DNA of 64,000 nucleotides from Octopus vulgaris (taxonomy: Eukaryota), in NCBI GenBank assembly GCA_951406725.2, contig OX597819.1, positions 117,490,001 through 117,554,000 on the forward strand, in the 5' to 3' direction. The notes under the pieces were generated by a model, which had not been told where the DNA came from, did not search any database, and saw only the letters and a program-made list of their open reading frames with translations. Numbering within the stretch: the stretch's first letter is position 1; each line of letters starts with the position of its first letter. This document shows, piece after piece, positions 13,931-29,095 of the stretch. Both the position numbers and the translations under genes were made by a program.

Positions 13931-16900
13931 CTTACTATAAAACAGCATACCTGTTTAATTTCCCACTCACCTGCCGTCATTCTGAAAGGTCATGGTTTAT
14001 ACTGCAATCTGATAAATTTAATGCAATATATGAACTCAGCTTTATATGGCATTTTGCTTTTGCCGGAGATGCATCAATTCATTTTACAATACTCGTGTCT
14101 TGATGTGCTATACACTTTATCAGGAATACATATTTGAAACTCACTCTTTGAAAACAATATTATTTCAATATTTCAATACTCGTTATTGTTAAGTAGTCTT
14201 ATGCAAACGGTAAATTTTATGCACAGAAAGTTACGATCTTGATTTCCTAAAAAAAATTTCCCCGCTGCAGTGTGATAAGATACTGTCTCTATGATTACAG
14301 TAGTTAAATATAAATAAATGTATTCTTTGAAGTCATTGATTTTTCCTGTATTAAGTGTTTTCGACCACAGTTGCATTGAAATATGTAATAAAGAGACGGA
14401 TGATGACGATGACGTCAATCATGGTGATCATTACAGGGATGATATTTATGAATAGATCACGTGACTAAGCAGTTTTATGGTAAAGCATTAGATGTATCAG
14501 CTCTTGTAAGTACATAAACCTAAAGATAAATCTTACAGTTGTAAAATCTTCTCATGTTAGCGTTTGAAAGGAATCAAAGATAACTGATACGTAATTTGTT
14601 TCAATTTTGCTTGGACGAGATCCACGGAAAGCTGTAAAAATATCTCGGCTATAAACAAAGATGATTTTTCGACTGATTTTATAGATTTTATAGCATAAAG
14701 TATTTTATGGAAATGAGTTGCATTCTTTTCTAAAAATAGAGTTTTATGATTTCCTGAAGAAGTTTCATGTAACCATCTTTATCTTCAACTTAGCACATAA
14801 TATAAATTGCTATTGGATGACCAAGCGTTAAACCGGATCAGTTAGCACTGATTTGTTCTGAAACTACAGTAATCACCCTTCAAACACAACTAACAAAAAC
14901 AAAAAAAAAGGAAGAGGAAGCAGTGCACAAACAACAAGAACTTGCATCGTTTCTGGGACAGTTGAAACTTACCCAAATGCGTGTTTGTCACTTACGTTTA
15001 TCAGGAAAGATCAGCACACGAAAATATGAATTATTTTCCACTGCTTCTATAGGAAATTGCCCGAAGAAACTTCCACTCTTATCTAACTTCTCAAAACAGT
15101 TCAAATGTCTGTGTAAAGGTTTTAATTTTTTTTCTTAATATTTGTTTTTGTCAAAGTATTTACGTAAATTGCATTCTGAAAACCAAGCTAAATATAGAAA
15201 TCAATATTGACAATATGTGTTTTGATAAATTATTTTAATTGCTTTTAAGCTAACTTATATTTTACCATTTTTATTAGGTTTGATTTTTCTATTCTTTTAC
15301 TATTATTCTGCACAAAACAAAAGAGCAATTTTTGTTTTAAAATATTTGAAGATTTCAAATGATAATTGTCTGTGAATTGTCAAGAAAAGAAAAATTAAAA
15401 TGCAATACAACTAAAAGGAAAACACTAAAACTAGTAAAGCTGTTTAAATCGAAAATCAATTAACATAAACTGCTGTTTGAATAGAGAAGGAAAAATGGTA
15501 TACAATCTACTATTTTTATTTAAACTTAACGTTTTGTTTTTGATAAGCTCTAGTCAATGTATTTCAGAAATAAACTACAGTTATATTTACAGTGACAGAA
15601 CATTTTATTTCGTGAAGGATTATTATAATATCGATTTGCTTCGTTTCTGTATAAAAAATCTCGTTGAGGTACCGGAAGATATATTTGGATCGTATTTCTT
15701 TTAAGTATTTTGAAAAATCTTGATTTAAATATTTTTTTACTTTTTGGTAAACTAATGTTTACAGACGCATTTTAAACAAAAAATAGCGAAGCGTAAAAAA
15801 GATTGAAGATACATCAGTGCACGATTTTTTCGCTCTTTGATTTTTTTTTCTTACTGTGGGGTAAATAAGTGCATGAAACAATTTCCAAAGCATCATCATA
15901 ATGTTTTTTTAAAAAATCATTCCTGTCTGTCTAGAGAGTCATAGAGTAAGAAAAATCGAGGCTACTGGCTATAGCATGTATTTGTTTATTTTTTATTCAA
16001 AGTGCGACAAGAAAGAAATCAATGGTTTCTGAACACTTTAAAACTTTACACGGAATGACCGTCAGAAATTCAACGAATTACTAACTATATCTTTTACAAA
16101 TTGCCCAATTTTCACCATGAACAATCATTGGAAGTTAACAGTCTCCATCATGAGCTAATATATTCCTAAACTGAGAGCTTTGAACATCTCTGATATAATG
16201 TAATTACTTCCAGTAGTGCTTATTCTACCATTTACTATTTCGCTTTTATAATAAACTACTAATACACTCAACTGATATAAATGTTTTTTTTTCTGAAATA
16301 TGTGTTTCAAATTCATTCATATGTGCGTATATATCAACTATAAAAGAATTGTATAAATGGAGACTATTTAATAGAGATTTTATAAACTTGATATAAAAAT
16401 AACGGGAAATTGTTAAATTATACAAATATTACTGTCATTGTCTTTAGTCATTTGGCAGGTTTGCACTAGAAAAGGTGAGTGCATAGAGTCATAATATGTT
16501 GTAGAGCACTCGTGACTAATAGATGGGTGGGAGTAGGAAAATATCAGTTCGAATTCTAGTACCAAACGACTGCCTAAGAATGTGTTCTGCGAATGTCAGC
16601 AAAGTAGCAATCATTATGTTAAACGATGTTTAATATCTCTATCTTGACAGGAGCACACATATCAACATCTCAGAAATTTGCAGAAAAATTGTAGGCTACG
16701 GAAAAGTGAAAAACTTTGATTAACTGATATAAAGCTTACTATTGATAAGGAAATCTCACGTTAGTCGTGTAAGAAATAAAATGAAAAGAAAATGATAGAC
16801 TGGACAAGGATCTCAAATATTATTTTGCAATATAAAGAGGATGTAAATGGAAATAAATCTTGTTTTTATATGCAACTGATGAAAGAACTCGCCATGTTTC

Positions 16901-16959
16901 CGTTTGATCACATCGCTTCTCCGAATTTAAATTACAATGTTGACAAGACTCACAAGTGA

Positions 16960-17130
16960 CCATTAGCATAGTGTGTAGTAAGTAGTTTCTTTCTCGACCA
17001 CATGGTTTCCGTTTCAATCCCGGTGCCGAATAACCAAGTGAGACCAAGGCCGACGAAAGATTTTAAAGTGAATGTTTAAGAGGAGAAGAAATATTTAGTC
17101 TGTCGGTGAGTGTGTGTGTGTGTGTGTGTA

Positions 17131-17162
<32 letters not shown>

Positions 17163-17240
17163 TGTGTGTGCAACTTTTTAACATCTTGCTTGTTTCAATT
17201 ATTAGGCTGCAGACGTGCTGAAGAAGCGCCTTAAAAATTT
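16960..17240 (+). mobile_element. Degenerate family A SINE
   Basis: Diverged GTGTGTAGTAAGTAG..CCACATGGTTTCCG head and (TG)n tract. Confidence 0.5.
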
Positions 17241-17269
17241 TTCTTAGTTGAACGAAGTAGTTGATATCT

Positions 17270-18000
17270 TCCACTATCATTCCTACAAGAAGTGGAGACT
17301 ATTTTAACTGAAGTGTAGATAAAGAATGCTTTGGAAACAATTCATACGTTGTACGAGTCCATACCACGTAGAATTCAAACTGTAATTAGTGCCAAAATCT
17401 GTCCTACACCATATTAAAATAATTTTGTGTTACATTTTATATGTATGTGCCTTCTTACAACTGTTAAACATGGAAGTGGATCCGTGAAGAATTGGGGGTG
17501 ATACATCTTGGAAATATGCCGGTCTAATGGTTCCCCCTCACGGCAGAATTAATTGTCAAGTCTATTTAAACATTTTATCTGATCAAATTCATTCTATGCT
17601 TGCGGAACTCTGTCCGGGGGCGGGGGACACACAATCTTCTAGGATGATAATACATCAATTCACAAAACTAAATTTGTTAGTAAATGGCTCGAGAAACATT
17701 CTAGTGTTGTTGAACATCTTATCTGGCCACCACAGTCCCCAGATCTCAATGATATTGAACATTTATGGTGCATTTTAGAAAAACAAGTAAGGAGTTGATA
17801 TGCACCACTATCATCACAACAAGAACTGGAGACTTTTTAGCTGATTAATGGACAAAAAGTCCTTTGGAAATAATTCAAATTTTGTACAAGTCCATAACTT
17901 GTAAATTACAACCTGTAATTACTGCCAAATGCGGTTCTACCCCATGTTTAAATATAATAGTTTGAAAATTTAAGGTGTTTCTATTATTTTGTCTCACCCC
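17270..18000 (+). mobile_element. Tc1-like transposon 3' fragment with duplicated C-terminal segment
   Basis: VKHGSGSV..YLNILSDQI..IWPPQSPDLNDIEHLW motifs; 17271-17420 repeats 17806-17960 with divergence. Confidence 0.85.
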
Positions 18001-18265
18001 TATATATATGTATAAAAAGTATATTCTTGTACAATTTACCACTTCCACAGATCATAAGTTTGGCAAATATTATGGGATTGAATATTAAATACGCATAACC
18101 CTTTCACACGGTATTGGACAATGAGATGTATTCATGTATTCACACGCATACACACACACACTTGCACATATACCCACATACATATATATGTGTCTGTGTA
18201 CGTGTGTATAAATGAATATATACATATACCTACCTATCTGCCTATCCGTCTGGATACATACATAG

Positions 18266-18657
<392 letters not shown>

Positions 18658-19677
18658 CATACACACCCACACACGCGCACAAACCCACATGTACTAAAAC
18701 TAATGCATACATATATGCAAGCACACACGCACATGAATGCAACATTTATTAATTAGTATATTCACATAGGTTCTTGGGTTATATAACCTTATAAAACATG
18801 TTGTTAAAAACACTGCTTAAAATACAAATTTTTCATAAAATTATTTTGTACATCTAGTAGATTTTATTATATATTACAAATGTTACAATTTATTAAATAT
18901 TAAAGGAATAACATTGATTTATGAAATATACAAAAATAGCATTCGTTTGGAATTGGTTATATAAGATTAATTCGAATAGTTTCCTGAAAGCATTTATTTT
19001 TCCGAAACCAGACGTAGGACAAGTAATTTTTAATCTCATAACATATATTAGTTAATTAAATTCCAGTAACAATTATATTGGTTATTCTATTGATCTTGTG
19101 TATTTATTACCAGCTATGGAATAAAATATTACATACTATATCTAACTAATTCCGATATACTCTTTCGCATTTTTCTAAACTTATTTATATTAACGTATAC
19201 ATTAATGTAAGCAGATAGCATGTTTTCATCACCAGTTATTGTCAGTACGAATGTCTTAAAATCTTGATATTTTGTAATACAGATATTACGGGTGACAAAT
19301 GTGCAAGAGATACGATACGAGTAACGTTATCATTCAAAGAACTGTTGACGACGATTATGTTCCGCTGTAATTCAGTGCGTTTGAATAAAGTTTTGAAAAA
19401 CTGTATGCAGCAGCCTTCTCATCATCCAGCAGTATGAAGTATCCACTGTTCTGCGCATTCAGCATTACATATATTTGTTACCTTATCCAGGGAGAGGTCT
19501 TCAAAATAATTATTGTACATCCTTCAATATGGAAATCAGACTAACTGAAAGGCTCCGGTTTTGCAAATGGCTTTGGATTTTACTTGATCAAGAATGAATG
19601 CTTGGATTAATTATATCTATTAAAATGCAATGTTGTCATAAACGAAAGACTCGGCATTTGAATTATATATCAATATA

Positions 19678-20238
19678 TTGGGTTGTCTGGAAAGTTCGTG
19701 CCGATTTATAGTATCTTAACATTCGACTTAATTTAGAACATGTTTGAGTCCATAAAATGGGATTTGACTACACCACAATTTAGAGCACAGTTTAAGCTAT
19801 CTTTTCGTGGAAGAAGGTTTATGTCCCTATAGGCTATGTTAATTTTATAACCCTTTAAAATGGAAGACAGTTCCTTTACGGCATTTGATATTTTGGGAAA
19901 CAGACACAAATTGCTGCAGCTAGGCTGGGATGTGTTACCCCAATCTCCATATTCACCAGATATTGCTCCTTCGGATTTCCACTTTTTAAGTTCTCTGCAG
20001 AATAGTCTTAATGGTAAAAATTTCAATTCAGTGAATGAGGTAAAAAGATACCTTGATGAATTCTTTGCCATGAAACCAGCTCAATTCTGGGAAGAGGGTA
20101 TTTTCAAGTTAAAGGAGAGATGGAGACACATTGTGCAACAAAATGGTTCATATTTGGTTGATTAAAAATGTAATGGCAAGTATATATTGACCTTTTTCAT
20201 TCCTTTAAGAATCGGCACGAACTTTCCGGAATACCAAA
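19678..20238 (+). mobile_element. Internally deleted mariner (non-autonomous, ~560 bp)
   Basis: TIRs TTGGGTTGTCTGGAAAGTTCGTGCCGAT / ATCGGCACGAACTTTCCGGA; ORF 19860-20165 with PYSPDIAPSDFHF. Confidence 0.92.
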
Positions 20239-21576
20239 TATTTCAAAAGATTGCGTAGAAACAAATACTACTACCTTTGCGAAATCAAATATTGCAGATA
20301 ACATCTCGACAACATGTGGCAGTTTCGGATGAACGAATTTTGTGACATCTATCCTACATGTGATGGTATTACTTGCTCATACGAGTGTGGACAGTTTCAT
20401 CTTTCAATTTAAATACATGTTTTATTTATCATAACGTAAATGTAATCAGTATTAGATTCACTGTCTTCTCAGTTAAATACTATTTACTGCGTTAAGTCTT
20501 TCGTGAATAAATTATTTCTTAGTTTCAAACAATTACTCGCTCTCCTATTTGCATTCAATGCAACGTAGTTATCACAGTATTAGAAATTGTGTGATTTACA
20601 ACTTCAAGTCTTTATATAAAGCAAATTAATCTCAAATAAGTTTACTTATATGAGTTATAACTAAACGGATATGATAATGGTTCTTATTTAATTCCTTTCA
20701 TTTAAAGCGTATCCCTGAGTATACTTCCTTTTATTTCAATAGCCTCTATTGCACACACGCGTGCGCACTTACTCCTACATACACCCTCATAAGCATTGTT
20801 TATATGTATACATATATTCAACTAGATGCATAATACACTTTCCGAAAATGTACCTGTAAGTAAAATTGCAATTTATTATAAGTCGCCTCAATACGAGTTA
20901 GTGAAAAGGCTTTTGTTTGCACGCAAAACCTCATTATCGCTGATTAAATAACGGCGAAGGCTTTTATTAAACATTAAATCGAACTATTGTGATACTGAAG
21001 TCAAATTATCTTAATTCTTTGATGGAATTTATTTTGAAGATATAAAGAGACAAAAACCTCGGAGAGTAAATGACTATACAGTCAAAAATATAAATTCAAA
21101 TGAAAACAATACAACACATAGCAAATAATTATATTTCGGTGCATTGTTGGGTATATGAGATAATATATTTAAGCAAATATAATGAATCAGGAATTAATTT
21201 ATACTGAAGATGTTATTGTTTAAAGTATATATTAATGTAAAGTTAATGCAAATGATGTCATCGGATGGAGGTAAGAGAAAGACATGAAAGAGGCAGGTTC
21301 TATGTGAATTTTATATAATTACTCTCTCTCTATGAAAGCACTATTTCCCTTATATTATGCGTAACATTTCATAAAACTTTTTAAAAGAGACATTTGGTTA
21401 CAGATATGAGTGCGCCCGCGCGCGTATGTGTATGTGTATGTAAATATATGTAAATATGTATATATCTATGTATACGTATATGTAAATGTATACATGCACA
21501 CAAGCACATACACAGATGCATCTGTATGCATGACGTATCAGTATATAGATATGAATAGAAATACATACACAAACCC

Positions 21577-21627
<51 letters not shown>

Positions 21628-21634
<7 letters not shown>

Positions 21635-22080
21635 GTCCGGAAAGTTCGTGCCGATTTTTAAAAGACAGAAAATGTTCAATAAATACTTACCATTACATTT
21701 ATTTTTAATCCACCAAATATGAAACATTTTGTTGCACAATGCGTCTCCATCATTCATGTAACTTGAAAATAACTTCTTCCCAGAACTGAGGTGGTTTCAT
21801 GTCAAAGAATATATCAAGGTACCTATTTATGTCATCCAGGGAATTGAAATTTTTACCATTAAGACTATTCTGCCGAGAGCTGACTATTCTGCCGAGAGCT
21901 GAATGTGGGGTAACACATACTATCATAGCTACAGCAATTTTTGTCTGGTTCTCAAAGTATCAAGTACCGAAAATGAACTTTCTTATCTTCCATTTTAAAG
22001 GCTTACAGAATTAACACGGTTATAGGAACATAAACCTTCTTCCACGAAATGATAGCTTAAACTGTGCTCTAAATGGAGGT
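21628..22080 (-). mobile_element. Second copy of the same deleted mariner, inverted and lacking one TIR
   Basis: TIR TTGGATTGTCCGGAAAGTTCGTGCCGAT; collinear with 19678-20238 in reverse. Confidence 0.88.
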
Positions 22081-22116
22081 ATATTCAATACATATATATA
22101 TATGTATATGTATATA

Positions 22117-22426
22117 TAAACAATTGCAGCGTGGAAGGTGTTTATAAGCCATTTAAGAAACACACACAACCGTTACATTCACTTCAACATTTAAATTTAA
22201 TTTGTCAAAATATTTTCGTCGCTTTGAGACCACGACCGCTTCACTGACAAAATTTCATGCTGCATCACGAAGTTTTGTCACTGAACACATTAAATTTAAA
22301 TGTTGAAGTGAATCTAACGGTTTTGTGTGTTTCTTAAATGGCTTATAAACATCTTCCACGCTGCAATTGTTTTCGTTCCAGCACACGATCTCAGATCAAG
22401 TCACTCGCTATGCAAGTACATCTCCA
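22117..22426. mobile_element. Penelope-like fold-back terminus with hammerhead-like relic
   Basis: Arms ~22117-22201 and 22290-22372; minus strand TTTGTCA-GTGAAGCG-GTCGT..GCGAC-GAAAATATTT-TGACAAA. Confidence 0.6.
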
Positions 22427-22463
22427 TAATATATATATATATATACATACTAATACACACACT

Positions 22464-22654
22464 TGTTTCATTCATTTGATTGCGGCCATGCTGCAGCACC
22501 GCCTCTAGTCAAGCAAATCAACCCAGGACTTAATCTTTGTAAACCTAGTACTTACTCAATCGGTCTTAGTTGCCGAACCCCTAAGTTACTAGAACGAAAA
22601 CAAAACACCATCGGTTGTCAAGCGATGCTGGGGCGACAAGTACCGACAAAGAAG

Positions 22655-22737
<83 letters not shown>

Positions 22738-22912
22738 TTACATATATACGACGGGCTTCTTTCAGTTTCCGTCTTTGAAAACCACTCACAAGGATTTGGT
22801 CGGCCCGAGGTTATAGTAGAAGACACCTGCCAAAGATGCCACGAAGTGGGACCGAACCCGGAACCATGTGATTGATAAGCAAGCTACTTAGCACACAGCC
22901 ACTCCGGCACCT
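22464..22912 (-). mobile_element. tRNA-derived SINE, family A
   Basis: Reverse complement of the 10523-10930 family. Confidence 0.88.
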
Positions 22913-24647
22913 ATACTAGCAATCCTGCCAGCTCGCCTAAGTTTAAACCAAAATTTCACGTTGGATCTTTGTTCAAACAACCTGTTCATTGAAAAGATTG
23001 CAGGCTACAGTATACACGTAACCAGAAAAATACAAATTTCAGGTAGATCTTCGATCTATGATACTGAAACCAAAACTATAACATTTTCAGTAGCAGCTTT
23101 CCCTAATTTTTGTGTTGTCCGTTTATAAGTTAAGGTGTTCTTTCTGGGGAATTGCTTGCTACTTCTAGCGATTCCATTGACCACGTTATGATTTCATTCC
23201 CGTCGTCTAATCCTAGTGTGTTTTCGTTTTCAATATGAACAAAAAGTGCGTCTTTGGAAACTTGGCAAGATAGGTTTTTTTGCTTAGCTAAAGTTATATA
23301 ATTCCATAACCTTTGGACATTTTATTAGCACGACTTCGAAAAAGTGAATGCGAGTTTTGTCATCAGTAAGCCAAACCATAGGTTAGAAACTTTTAAAAAG
23401 AAAAACTCCAATGAAACTCGTCTGCTTTATTGAAACAAATGATCATTATCCGTTAGTGAGTCACGAGAAAACATTTTATAATTTAGAAAAAAAAGATTGC
23501 AATTGAATTTCCAGTGATGGTTATACGTTACATAATCTTTTCAAAAGAGTATAATACCCCAACAGGATGCCACACGACAAATTATGTTTAATATATGACT
23601 GGAACTTGTAGTAACATGGATTTACATTCAATTATATGCAAAGGTTAACTTGAGTGGTATTGCATACGAAATAAGAAAAAAATATGAAGTTGAATATGTA
23701 AATATAAGCATAAATACATACACGCATACATACGTACACACATACATACATAAACACACATAATAACACACACGCATGCATACACATATATACATGCACT
23801 CACATGAATTCTATTTTAAACGTATGCATATATTGTCTTATAAGCTTACTTCCAAATCACGTGATCTTGAGTTCAGTCCCACAGCGCAAGTGCCTTCTAG
23901 TTTAGACCTCGCTTGTGAGTGGCTTTGGTAGAAAGAGGGTCAAAGAAGCCTTCGTGTGTGTGTGCGTGAGTGTGTGTGTATGTGTGTGTGTGTGTGTTTG
24001 TATGTGTGTGTGTGCGTGATTGCATTACCATATCGAGCAGTCGATCAATTATTACATACTGCTAGTCACAATGCGTTCAAATTCTTTTCCACCTTGACCG
24101 AATTCTTTAACTGAGTCTTCTGTTCATCGCAGTGGTCAACTTATCAGCGGGTTTCTGATATCTCGAATACTTACCACTCTACAACTTCGTAGCTGCACCA
24201 GACCTGTCTGCAACAACGTTTTTTTCATATATATTTTTATTAAAGTTACATCTATACCAACGTATTCTTATCAAAAACTGCTCAAAGAAGGCTCCAAAAT
24301 GAACTTGAAGCGACTACTGTTGAACACAAACAAAATTTGGCGTTGCATTGTTATCAAGTACCTGAAGAAAAGGGGTTTAGTTTAGCCCACAACGAATTTC
24401 AAGTTAACACGGCTGCTACATTTGGCATTAAGCTCCTGCTTTGTCAAGAGTGAATGATCTAGGTGTCTTACAACTGCCACCGGAGAGGAAAACATTGACG
24501 ATGTTCACCACACGGTGATGGATGACAGGTGGTTAATTATATATTAAATAGTGAATACATATCCCAAGAGGGAGTTGAATATATTCTACTCAAGGAATTT
24601 GGCATGATGAAAGGTCCTTCTCGATGAGTGCCACGAGTTCTGACACC

Positions 24648-24878
24648 TATTTCTTTACTGCCCACAAGGGGCTAAACACAGAGAGGACAAACAAGGAGAG
24701 ACAAACGGATTAAGTCGATTATATCGATCCCAGTTCGTAACTGGTACTTATTTAATCGACCCCGAAAGAATGAAAGGCAAAGTCGACCTCGGCGGAATTT
24801 AAACTCAGAACGTAGTGGCAGACGAATTATCGCTTAGCATTTCGCCCAGTGTGCTAACGTTTCTGCCAGCTCGCCGCC
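24648..24878 (-). mobile_element. Meta-domain SINE (family B) monomer nested in the mariner
   Basis: Full head-to-tail match to family B. Confidence 0.9.
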
Positions 24879-25440
24879 ATGTTCAAAAGTACACCAGGCT
24901 GTTGACATCACGGGAAATTCTGACATTGTTTGAGGCAAATCCAACTGGTTTCATTGAACGTCTCACAAGCTAAGATGAGTGTTGGGTTAATCAACTTGAG
25001 CCAGACACAAAGAAAAAATCTATGTAGTGGAAACACCCCTCCAGAGATGCTTCAAAGAAGGGCGATTTCATCGGCAGACAAACTAATGGCATGAGATTGT
25101 TGAGATGCAAAAAAGCATCGTATTTTATCGACAATCTTGAAAAGGACTACACCATTAAACAAACAAATGGAGTTCTCTTTCCTCATAGCAAAGATGCAGC
25201 ACAAAAGTCAATGGTTTCAATGACCGTTGTGCGTGACTGTGAGTCTGAACTGATTGATCAATTTTTCCTATTCCCATGATTTGGCTCCATCTGACTAACA
25301 CCTGTTCCCTGACAATAAAAAGAAAACAACAAAAAAGCCCACCTGGCTTGGCACAAGTATCACAGTGATGATAACATATCTACCGATGACAACTTTGTTG
25401 GTAATGATGGAAGCGTTTTCACCAATGGGATCTAAATACT

Positions 25441-25673
25441 TATTTCTGTACTACCCACAAGGGGATAAACACAGAGAGGACAAACAAGGACAGACAAACG
25501 GATTAAGTCGATTTTAACGACCTCAGTGCGTAACTGGTACTTAATTTATTGAGCCCGAAATGATGAAAGGCAAAGTCGACCTCGGCGGAATTTGAACTCA
25601 GAACGTAACGGCAGACGAAATACGGCTACGCATTTCGCTCGGCATGCTAACTTTTCTGCCAGCTCGCCGCCTT
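25441..25673 (-). mobile_element. Meta-domain SINE (family B) monomer with TSD
   Basis: Flanked by AATGGGATCTAAATACT / AATGAGATCTAAATACT (17 bp, one mismatch). Confidence 0.92.
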
Positions 25674-25921
25674 AATGAGATCTAAATACTGCAACACCAT
25701 TGGAAGCAGTGTGTGGATTGCAAGGGGGACTATGTTGAAAAAAATTCATCACTTTTCATTGAAACATCTTTGTCAGCCCATGAACTTTTCAGCTGAGCTT
25801 CATATTTGTGTTTGTATGTGTTTTCATCTGCCTCGCGTGTGTGCAGACATGCATGTATGGTGGCAATGAATCTAGGATGATACCTAGTTAGCATATACTT
25901 CAAACGCACTGCCAGGCCGTC

Positions 25922-26010
<89 letters not shown>

Positions 26011-29000
26011 TAGAGATAGAGATTTATACATATATAAGTTAGACCCCCATCACCACTTGGCAGCGAGTGTTGGTATCTTTACGCCCAGTAAAGCAACGGT
26101 TCGTAAAAAAGCTGATAGAATAATTACTAGGCTTTACAACAAATAAGCTCTGGGGATGATTCTTTCGTCTAAAATTCTTCAAAGCGATGTGCCAGCATGG
26201 CCACAGTTTCATGAATGAAACAAATGAAAGAACCAAATAATTGAATTATAAACGAATAAAAGAATATATCTGTTTTTCATATCTAATTATTGTTTGTGTT
26301 GATGAAAATAGAAATTGTGGTTGCAAAATATGCTCTAGGAACTTAAGGCTACGTACATCTGTGGTGATGGTAAAGAAATACCAGGTGTTCCAATGGAAGC
26401 AGCATTGTTTGTTAGTGGTTAAGGGAGAGGGAATTGGTAACCAAGCGATCGCTACTTTTAAGCTATGGAAGAGTTATGAGGCTGAAAATCGTTTGATGAT
26501 TTTAATGCACGGTTGTCTCAGTTAGTTTGGAAAGCTTTTGAATCGAATACTATTTTTATTTCAACTTTAATTTACGATTTCAGCGGGAGAGCTGTTTACA
26601 AATCATAAAATATTTTGACGTATATGGCATTACATTGTAGAAAATGCATGGAAATTTTACTGTACTATTTGAAGATATTCTTAACAGTAGTATGATATTT
26701 TAGTTCGATTCTCTTAGAAAAAATACATAGAAATTATTTGGTATCTATCAAAAGTAATGTTTGTATGAACATTAAACTGCCATCTTCAACGTAATTGTTG
26801 CTAAGCAATGACAGGAGATTGCACTAGTGTATTCATATATTTATTAATGTATTCATAGACTGGACGGCAGAGTGAAAAATGAACGATAAAGAAATCAAAG
26901 AAATTGATTGACAAAATATAAATTCGATGTCTAGGAAACCATCCATTTTACTGGAGCAAAATTACTATGAATAGGTGAATTATCCGTCTTATATATATAT
27001 TTTTTGTTATATTAGCGGGATATTATTATTACTTTCATATTTGATATTATTAGTGCTGTTATTAGTAGTGTCGTTGCCATTCTCCTTCGAATTCTGCTAG
27101 TATTTGCTGTTGTTGCTGTTATCTTTAAGACGTACAAATTTACCACCGATAATTATTTAGTTAAAGTGCCATTGATTATCAATTAAAAATCTCAGGATGT
27201 TTTAGAGTGTCACCAGTAATTCATAGTATATTGGCAGCCAGCGGGTGCGGAAGAAGTCAATGTTACGTTTGATATTGAAAATCAATTGCACTTTACCACA
27301 GATTTTGAGTTGATATACATTTCAGAGGCCTTAGAGGCAACCATTTTGATTTAATACTTTGCACTTTCCTTTGTTTCTTAAGAAAACTATCAAACTTTAT
27401 GTTTCATGTTGTCTTTTGTTCTTTGTTATGTATATAACGTTTTTTCTTTACTTTTCTCGACCATTCATTTAAACAATCTACCATAAATCTTATCTGGTGA
27501 AAAGATTTTTTTCTATAAAAACGACTGAAACCTCAATATTTTCTTCCTATTTAAAGATATTTTTTGTCTTTGCCGTAGTCTTCATGGTTCTACTAAACAA
27601 GACAACGTTTATTAGTTTATATGTAAGGATATAATTAAGATTCCTGTCGGACTTCCAATATTATTAAAATGTAGATGGGTATTACCCTATATCCTAACGC
27701 TAATGACATAAGCAACATTCTCCCGAACGCAGTTTTTCCTTCTAATTTACTAAGCTTACTCTTATCTTGGCTGAAAACTTTCTTAAATATCAATACTGAA
27801 TCTTCCTACTCTCCATAAAACGTCATCGTTGTAAAGAGAGATAAATATCAAACCTACTTAAAGTTAGGTTCATGCGAAAAATTGGACAGTGCAGCTCATA
27901 GAACAAGTACGAATAAAATATAAAATAGACATTCAAAGATAAAGACGTCCATCATCAGATAAGGGGGCATTATTTTTAGAAAATAATACAATAAACAGAA
28001 CTTATCGATCAGATAAGCCGCAGATGTTAACATTTACTATATAAATTCTACCCAGTTATAAGAGGGCATCATGACTAAGAGTAATAAATTTGATTCTGTT
28101 TTATCCCAGGAACTATAAAATAAAATCATAAATATTTTCACGGACCAAGCATAAAGCCGGTATATACTTACACGTTTATCCAGTTAGTGAATATGTAAAT
28201 TTTCTACTATGTAGAATATATATGAGCAGAAGTTATCCATGAAGAAGAGAAATGCTATATATGCCTTAGAATGTAAATCCTGTCTTAATTCATGTTTAAG
28301 TTCCATACACCTGCGTCACGTCTACTTTTAAGAAAGTCGTAGTTCGCATTTTTCGATGTATAGTTCTGGTGTATCAACACATGTCTAGGAGGGTTCGAAC
28401 GAATCATAAAGAAACAACACACAGAGTATCACCTTGTGAAGTGTAGATGTTGCAACGAAATACTCAGACTTTATTTCAAGCCTAGACACGTAACTAATAT
28501 GTCTCATAATTTATTCATTAATATCTAAGTATTATTTTTACATAGGCTCAATTATTAAATTTCGACACCAAAAATGTTTCAAAGTTTAAAACTATATATC
28601 CTCGATTTTTGATAATCTCAGAACAACTGCTCTGAAAATTAATCCCAGAAGATACTGAGCAAAATAGAACATGAAATACAAGTTAATTATCGTAATTAAG
28701 TTCTAAATGCTATGCGTAGAAAATCAAAAGCTGAGGTTAGCTACATGTACTATAATTCGGAAATTAAGTGAGATATATTTTGTGAAATGAGATTTGCAAG
28801 AAATATCCATTGAAATATGTTATAAAGCTTGAATTACAGTTTGAATCTAAATTTACTAAATTTCTTCAGATTCCTTTTCATTCATTAAAATAAACGTAAT
28901 ATCTATTATTCATTTCAGACTAAATTTGGAGTATTATGAAATATCTGAAATATATTAATATAACATTTCGATCTGAAAAACAAACAATGCCAGAAACACA

Positions 29001-29095
29001 AAATGAATAAAATGTGTATTCCGATGCACATGGCATACGCGTAAAAATACGCTCAACAGGATGAATATTAATTACTAATACCGCTGATCAATATT

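Larger units (their letters stand above)
24030..25804 (+). mobile_element. Defective mariner (irritans-like) with two nested SINEs
   Basis: ENIDDVHHTVMDDR, R*VPRVLTP, DECWV, YSHDLAPSD and terminal CVDCKGDYVEK motifs. Confidence 0.8.
22990..26900 (+). pseudogene. Decayed TLR/LRR remnant split by a mariner and SINEs
   Basis: LRR-like HEKTFYNLEK (~23460); hydrophobic segment in ORF 26241-26525 followed by TIR-like YDFSGRAVYKS*NILTYMALHCRKC. Confidence 0.35.
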
